Assembly: GCA_964016885.1 (NCBI GenBank)
Contig: CAXHJY010001335.1
Location: 1 to 45,978 of the forward strand
DNA: 45,978 nucleotides
Direction: 5' to 3'
From: Eledone cirrhosa
Lineage: Eukaryota
The notes below the pieces were generated by a model. The model saw only the letters and a list, made by a program, of their open reading frames with translations. It was not told the DNA's origin and ran no database searches. Position numbers and translations under genes: made by a program. Within the stretch, counting starts at the first letter, position 1, and every line of letters begins with the position of its first letter. This document shows, in pieces, positions 27,546 through 45,978 of this stretch.

Positions 27546-27767
27546 CTTTTACATGTGATTGTTTTTTCATTTGTATTCGTTCTGATATTATTGTAGTTGT
27601 TGTTGTAGTTTTTGTTGTTATTCTATACAATTTGATCTTTTTAATTAATTAGCGTTTATTTTAATAAACGAGGAGGTTGTATTTTGTGTGTTAGTCATGT
27701 GTGTGAGTAAGTATGTGTGTTATGTTTATGTTACAAGGTGTGTGTAGGTTTATATCTATATATATAT

Positions 27768-27799
<32 letters not shown>

Positions 27800-27952
27800 A
27801 ATATATATATAATATATATATATATTATATATATATAATATATATATAATATATATATATATTATATATATATAATATATATATAATATATATAAATGAA
27901 AGGTATAGCAAACATTGTAGCAAAAAGCCAACAGTATTCCATAATATATATA

Positions 27953-27985
<33 letters not shown>

Positions 27986-28108
27986 CTGTTCTAAAAAAAC
28001 ATATATGTATATATATATATCTACATGTATGTTATATTTGTGTTGCAGGGTTTATCAATGTTTGTGTGGAGCATATATACATGCATACACACACATATAT
28101 ATATATTT

Positions 28109-28148
<40 letters not shown>

Positions 28149-28424
28149 TCCTTTATTTTTTATTGAGAACAATATATATATATATATATACATACATATA
28201 TGGTTACTTTTTTTAGTAGTAGGTGTGTTGAGGAAGGCAGTGGTGGAGGTGGAGGAGACGATGGTGTTGACGAAGGCGGCAATCCGTGAGATGTTGGTTG
28301 ATGACACGTCCGTCATGTGACGCTAGAGACGTGAATTAAGCTGTCTGCTTTCCACGTAATCACCATACAACTTCCGCCAGTCACGACCACACAGGATGGC
28401 GATTATCAACAATAATATTAGCTA

Positions 28425-28672
28425 GAGGGCGCTGAGTGCAATAGACGAATCGCTAACACCTCAGACAAAAAAAATGATGTCTTCTGAAAATGATAAAGAT
28501 ATTAACTTAGAAGGTTCTGAGTTCGAATCCTGATGTTGTCAACTTAGATTTTCATCCTATATAAAATACCAGTCATTAACTCCGATATAAAATACCAGTC
28601 ATTAACTCGGGTAGGTTTAATACTACTAGCAGCCCTCCTCTCTAAAATTTCTGGCCTTGTGCTTATATTAGA
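28425..28672 (+). mobile_element. tRNA-derived SINE with internal 27-bp duplication
   Basis: Perfect B box GTTCGAATCC at 28521-28530, then GTCAACTT...TTTCATCC core. TATAAAATACCAGTCATTAACTC occurs twice and the 3' end reads AAATTTCTGGCCTTGTGC. Confidence 0.75.
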
Positions 28673-28955
28673 TATGTATGTGTGTGAAAGCTTCAAGCAC
28701 AGACATTGCTTGATATGTGATATTTTTTGCGATGCAGGTTATTGCTGGCCATAGGCAAGTCCCTAGCAGGACTAAAAAGCTATCTCCGTGATGCTCATGC
28801 TTAAGTATCAAGCTATGGCATTGCTCGAAATCGAGTTGCAGCCATCATGTATGTATATATGTAGCACCGTCTAAACGCAGTTGATATTTAATAAAAGAAA
28901 CTGAAGGCCTTGTGAAATGTACGTTGTGGTAACTTTGACAGGGAAATAGTAATTT

Positions 28956-29197
28956 GTTATCTTCCCTTATCTCTCTCACACAGTTTTGAGAAGGTACTCA
29001 GTGGTTAAGTAACAGCTATCTATAACTACCTACCTATATATCTATCTTCAGACAATAAAGACATCTATCTTTGCTGCTATCGTTATCTTCCCTCTCTCTC
29101 TCTCACACAGCTGTGACAATATATTCAGTAGTTATGTAACAGCTATCTATAACTACCTACCCATATATCCATCTTCGGACAATAAAAACATCTATCT
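28956..29197. repeat. Tandem duplication, ~126-bp unit, 2 copies
   Basis: Units start GTTATCTTCCCT at 28956 and 29082 and share GTAACAGCTATCTATAACTACCTACC. Confidence 0.92.
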
Positions 29198-29217
29198 CTG
29201 TTTGTATCTATCTGTCC

Positions 29218-29300
29218 CCAAAGTTGACGTCGGCGGGCTTTGAATTCATAGAACCGGAACGAATACCTCAAAGCATTCCATCCAACCTTCTAACGAGATA
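29218..29300 (-). mobile_element. SINE head fragment, same family as 33684
   Basis: Minus strand CGTTAGAAGGTTGGATGGAATGCTTTGAGGTATTCG...GAATTCAAAGCCCGCCGACGTCAACTTT. Confidence 0.6.
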
Positions 29301-29309
29301 TTTGCTCTG

Positions 29310-29435
29310 ACCCAATTTTACTCACACGATATTGGTTGTCCCAAGTCTTGTAGAAGAAGACATCCCACAAAGGGACTGAACCCGAAACCACAATTTCGAA
29401 GTGGACCTTTAACTACAGACCACCATGTCTGCGCA
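29310..29435 (-). mobile_element. Second tRNA-derived SINE family, degenerate
   Basis: Minus strand GCGCAGACATGG...GGTTTCGGGTTCAGTCCC (B-box-like)...TGTCTTCTTCTA. Confidence 0.55.
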
Positions 29436-29591
29436 CATTATATCTATATCTATCTATGTATATCTATCTATCTCTCTCTACATATATATATATATATATA
29501 TACACATGTATATATATCTCCATATACACACACATATATACACACACACATATATGTGTGTGTGTGTGTAAGTTTATCTATATATATATAT

Positions 29592-29593
<2 letters not shown>

Positions 29594-29678
<85 letters not shown>

Positions 29679-30157
29679 CACTGCCACCCACGTCGTTACT
29701 TTTATGCATAATATAACGATATGTAAAAAAAAAATGATAATACATTCTAGAATATGGTGGTAATAGTGTGTGTATATAGGTGTGTTGTATGTGTGTGCGT
29801 GAGAGAGTGGGAGAGAGAGAGAGAGAGTGGGAGAGAGAAACTGGGAGAGAGAGACTGGGAGAGAAAGAGAGTGGGAGAGAGAGACTGGGAGAGAGAGCGA
29901 GAGAGAGAGAGACTGGGAGAGAGAGCGAGAGAGAGTGGGAGAAAGCGAGAGAAAGAGAGAGAGAGAAAGAAAGAAAGAGAGAAACAGAGAGAAAGAGAGA
30001 GAAAGAGAGAGAAAGAGAGAGAAAGAGAGAGAGTGAAAGAAAGAGAACATGTGTGTATTGCGGTATATATGTGTGTGTGTGTGTGTGTGTGTGAAACCGA
30101 AAATCCAAATTGGAAGAAAAAAATATAGACAACAACAACAATAATAACAACAATAAC

Positions 30158-30197
<40 letters not shown>

Positions 30198-30200
30198 TTT
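29594..30200. repeat. (GT)n, ~250-bp (GA)-rich polypurine tract, (GT)n and (AAT)n cluster
   Basis: (GT)n at 29594-29677, GA tract at about 29801-30047, (AAC/AAT)n at about 30128-30197. Confidence 0.95.
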
Positions 30201-30731
30201 AAAAAATGTAAATAAAGAAAAGCAAAAGAAACAAAAAGCAAACAAAACAAAATCCTAAAAGCAAACAAACGAACAAAAAAAAAATGGCGAACGTTGTAAT
30301 TGTTGGCCAGATGGAAAGTCCGTTTATATTTGGAGGCTGAGGTCAAAGGGCAGGTAAGCAAGACAGGCGTTAAAAGTGATAAAGCGACGTTTGTCTGATG
30401 TAGGTCCACCATTTTACTTGCTATTCCTTCTAAGGCAACCTGCTGATTCTTCCATAATATTTACCGTAATGTTCCCTACTCTTTCTTTCTTTCTTTCTCT
30501 CTTTGTCTCTCTCTCTGTCTGTCTGTCTCTCTCCCCCCTTCTCTCTCTCTCTCTCTCACTGATTGTCCTTCTCTCCTTTCTCCAAAAAGGAAAGCAAACA
30601 TATTTTGTTTGACTAGTGGATAGTAGCTATGTAACTACATATTACTATTATACTATAGTATAAAGTACTAAGTTAAATAGTGGTCTTACAGGACCTAACT
30701 AATATTTCTCTCTCTCTGTCTCACACATAGA

Positions 30732-30766
<35 letters not shown>

Positions 30767-30839
30767 GCCAAAAATTGATCATCAAGGTTTAGCAATTAAT
30801 ATATTATTTATTTGATTTACATATGTTTCATTCTCAGTC

Positions 30840-30870
<31 letters not shown>

Positions 30871-30956
30871 TATAAAGCAAACAACACAGTATAATGAAGA
30901 TTATCTAATAACTTCACGCATATACATTCAGTTTTTAACACACACATAAATATAAT

Positions 30957-30993
<37 letters not shown>

Positions 30994-31140
30994 CTATAAA
31001 TTATGTCCTTAGAATCATTTGATAAGATATATATATATATGTATGTATATAAATATATATATACACACTCTCACACACATAGATACATACATACATTCAT
31101 ACATACATACACACACATATCTATGCATATATATATACAC

Positions 31141-31179
<39 letters not shown>

Positions 31180-31609
31180 CGCATATATATATACATAAAT
31201 AAACATATACACATATATATATATATATATATATGTGTATATATGATAGTAATCTAGTCTAATTCACACCAACGCCGCCATCTACGATCCCACGGTTCCC
31301 ATTCTACTCAGACTCACGGAATCTCAGAATATTTCTTTACAAGTGGAACTTTCTCCAACATTTGGAAACAATTTTCAGAAATCTATCTCACTGTATCTGT
31401 ATATCTGTGAATGTGTGTGTTTGTGTGTGTGAGTCTGTGTGTGTGTCTATGTGTGTCTACGTGTATGTATCTGTATATCTATGTATGTGTGTCTATGTGT
31501 CTGTTTCTCTGCGTATATCTGTCTGTGTCTGTTTCTTTCTATGTGTATGTATATATCTGTGTGTTTCTCTCTGTATATTTGTGTGAGTGTGTATATCCAT
31601 TTCTGTCTC

Positions 31610-31658
<49 letters not shown>

Positions 31659-31711
31659 GTGTGTTGTGTGTGTATTTCTGTTCTTCTCGTCTGTATTTGT
31701 GTGAAAGTGCA

Positions 31712-31921
<210 letters not shown>

Positions 31922-32224
31922 GATATAGATATATATGTGTATATATGTAATTGTATGCATTTACGTGAAAGTGTTAACCTAAATGATATTTTTTTCTTGA
32001 AGATTAGTTTTTTTTAAACAAGTTCAATATATATATATATATATGTATGTTTTTATTTCAATCCTGGTTATTATTATTATTATTGATACTATTGTTGTTG
32101 TTGGTGATATTATTACAGTTGTTTTTATAAATATTGTTATGTCTTTTGTCGCCATATGTGAATAACTTACTTGATGTTATAATAAATTTCTTGAATTTCA
32201 AACACGGGGAGAATGTTACTTTCA

Positions 32225-32264
<40 letters not shown>

Positions 32265-32744
32265 GTGTGTTTGCATGTACGTATATATATATGCACATAC
32301 ATATACATACATAAACACACACACATGCACATATATATCTATATATGGAAAAACATATGCAAAATATACACATAATTATATATATAAAATCTATATATAT
32401 ATATATATACATACAACACATAATTATATATAAAAATATATATATACACACACATGTGTGTGTATGCGTTTATGTTTTTCACGTATGTATATGTTCAAAT
32501 ACGTACTAGGGTGTATATGTGTGTGTGTGTGTGTGAAATCGAGAGTTTCGACATATGTCGACCAAATTATAATTGTGAGAAGTTTTTGGATTTGGACAAT
32601 AATTCCTGGGAAAAAATATATCGTGTATTATTTTGTCCCGTTTTCTGAAATTTCGAAAAAAAAAAAGAGAAAAAATCATATATATATATATATATATGAT
32701 TTTTTTCTCTTTTTTTTTCGATATATATATATATATATATATAC

Positions 32745-32927
<183 letters not shown>

Positions 32928-32929
32928 AA

Positions 32930-33077
32930 TAAAATAACAAGGACGATTGGTTACTCCTTCATTACGTTTATTGGTTGGTGACGCGCGTTTCGCTATTGAT
33001 CAGCTCAAGGTTCGATCTGTATCAATCTAGCCCGACTCTGTAATCCGCGGCTCATCAGACCCCTTACACTCCCTGGA
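32930..33077 (-). mobile_element. Repeat family C copy 2
   Basis: Homologous to 19149-19273, flanked by (TA)n on both sides. The right end is TTACACTCCCTGGA-TA. Confidence 0.8.
32977..33061 (-). ncRNA. Type I hammerhead ribozyme candidate, canonical core, enlarged stem II region
   Basis: GGT-CTGATGA-GC...GC-GAAA-CGCGCG-TC-ACC. Stem I GGT/ACC, palindromic stem III, GUC triplet, and AATAAA 7 nt after the predicted cut. Confidence 0.78.
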
Positions 33078-33167
33078 TATATATATATATATATATGAGA
33101 TTCTGTTCCAACTCATGTGATTTGATCTAAGACCGTGTTATAATTAACGTGACTTGATTGAGGATTT

Positions 33168-33323
33168 GAGGAAAAATTGACCCTAGTAGTGAACTGCTAC
33201 TTTTTTTAGATAATGAAAGATAATGTTAATGTCAGTGAAATTTGAACTCCCAGCTCGAAGAGTTGCATCAAATACTGCAAACCATTCTATTTGTTATTCT
33301 AACGACTGACAATTCGTCACCTT
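33168..33323 (-). mobile_element. tRNA-derived SINE, degenerate
   Basis: Minus strand GGTGACGAATTGTCAGTCGTTAGAA...GAGTTCAAATT...TTTCAT...AGTAGCAGT...TACTAGGGTCAAT, colinear with 33684-33860. Confidence 0.65.
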
Positions 33324-33552
33324 CCAACTAAAATATTATATGAATGTTAAAAATTATATTTAATACTACACGGTAACTACACAGTGCAAATATATAATTA
33401 GTCCAACTAGTTGTGGGAAATTCAAGTGTTCATCCATAATTACATCCGGATAAAAAAAATGAAAGGTGTCGGACCATCAGGTGTTAAGAAATTGGTGTTG
33501 TACCCCAAATACAGTTTTATCAAATTTCATCAACAATATTTCAAAAATTTTA

Positions 33553-34011
33553 TTAACCCATTAGTTACCATATTTCTAATGAAAGACACAACCTGTGATT
33601 TTCAATTAATTTTGAAAATAGCAAAGAATTTTTTTCTGATGGTGGAATTTAGTAGAATAACTTTCTCACTATTTAGTTGCTTTGGTGGTGAATTGGCAAG
33701 ATCGGTAGAACATCGTATAAAATTCTTACGCCAATTATGTTCTAAATTCAAATCATACCAAGGTCAACATTGCTGTTCATACTTCCGGGGTCAATAAAAT
33801 AAGACAGCAGTGAAGTACTGGGGTCGATATAATCACCTTTCCTCTTTCACCTAAATTTTTTATTAAGCTAGTTTTTGGGAACATAACTTAAAAGTTCTTA
33901 TGTAAAATTCAGAGAACGAAGCCAAATATAAACCCTTTAAAATAAAAGTTTTTTTATTATTGTTGTAGAGCCTGGGGCGTTTGCTGGAGTTATGGCATAA
34001 ACAAAGGTTAA
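33553..34011. mobile_element. piggyBac-type MITE interrupted by a SINE
   Basis: Ends are TTAA-CCCATT and AAAGG-TTAA (TTAA target, near CCC/GGG termini). The interior resembles a common octopus repeat as I recall it. Confidence 0.5.
33684..33860 (+). mobile_element. tRNA-derived SINE nested in the MITE
   Basis: GGTGGTGAATTGGCAAGATCGGTAG head, AATTCAAATC B-box remnant, then GGTCAAC...GGGGTCAATAAAATAAG...TACTGGGGTCGATATAATC. Confidence 0.75.
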
Positions 34012-34369
34012 AGGTGAAAAGACAGTTCATTTCATGGAAGCCCATAATTTCCTCGTGGAACTCTGTGGTTGGTCGGAGCGTAATTTGGGAAAGTCAGCTA
34101 TACAGAGTCAGTTAACCCACAGCAAATCATTCTCACGTGAACTTTATTACATCTAACACGAAAGATTAAATTACCCCCAACATTCCATTATTCTTAAACA
34201 CTCAAATACCGCCAAATCCACTTATTTTATTTCATTTATACAAAAAAAACACGTTTTTTTCTTGTTTTCTTCTATTTTTCTTTAATTGTTTATAAAGAAA
34301 AACAATATTTTTATAAAGAGAAAAAAAAAAAATGAAATACTTATACTTTATAGAAACATGCTCACACAC

Positions 34370-45310
<10,941 letters not shown>

Positions 45311-45442
45311 TATATATTATACACAAATGTATACACACTTCAACAGCATTCTAATAAATATGTATATATATTTCTTTGGAACTCCCTATATATATTTATA
45401 CTTGTATGTGAGCATGTTTTTATAAAGTATTTCTTCTTTTCC

Positions 45443-45479
<37 letters not shown>

Positions 45480-45978
45480 AGGAGAGAATGTACACGTATT
45501 ATATTATATAAACAGTTGTAGACATACAAAAGCATGCACTCAGATATATATTAATGCGTGTATATTTGTTTATATGTATATACATTCGAAAAGTACAATC
45601 TCACGCATATATACGAACAAAAACAGACACAGGCACGCACACAGACATATATACACCTATGTATATGTATACATATGTGTGTTTATGTGTATGTGTGTAT
45701 GTATGTACATTGTTTCATCATCATCACCATCATCATTAAATTACTATGACAGCAACTGTAAGGATACATTGGGATTAAATTTTCATACTGGTTGTATAAA
45801 TAAACATTGTTGAGCCAGAAGTCTCTCTCTCTCTGCAAATGAGATTGGAGAACGGCTCGACTAGTTTCACTTATTTCTGGTGTTACGCAAGTCCATGTCT
45901 GTTTTTCATAATATCTTCCATACGAGGAAAATAAATACAGCAAAACAATAAAGTGCAATGATGATATACATTAGTTTA

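Noticed and set aside
33411-33797. 128-aa ORF
   Set aside because: It runs through MITE and SINE sequence from a non-ATG start, so it is a chance frame.

Overview
This is animal (eukaryotic) non-coding DNA, not prokaryotic. It is extremely AT-rich and dominated by multi-kilobase (TA)n arrays interrupted by CA or TG, plus (GT)n, (GA)n and trinucleotide tracts. The SINE and MITE families resemble those I recall from octopus genomes, which is inference from memory and not a search result. Nearly all ORFs in the track are microsatellite artefacts and I cannot support any host gene. The short unique islands are mostly retroelement debris: tRNA-derived SINEs, a 5'-truncated CR1-group LINE 3' end, an RTE LINE 3' end with a twin-priming-type inversion, an RTE-like 5' UTR element and a piggyBac-type MITE with a nested SINE. 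The signal the ORF track misses is about a dozen type I hammerhead ribozyme motifs of the Penelope-like/retrozyme kind between 13.7 and 33.1 kb. Two have canonical cores (25457-25492 +, 32977-33061 -). One has the compensatory U3-A8 core (24826-24915 -). Two half-ribozymes are folded back into long DNA palindromes at stem II. One family appears to be bounded by 14-bp terminal inverted repeats at TA sites. All structures were read by eye and no activity is demonstrated.
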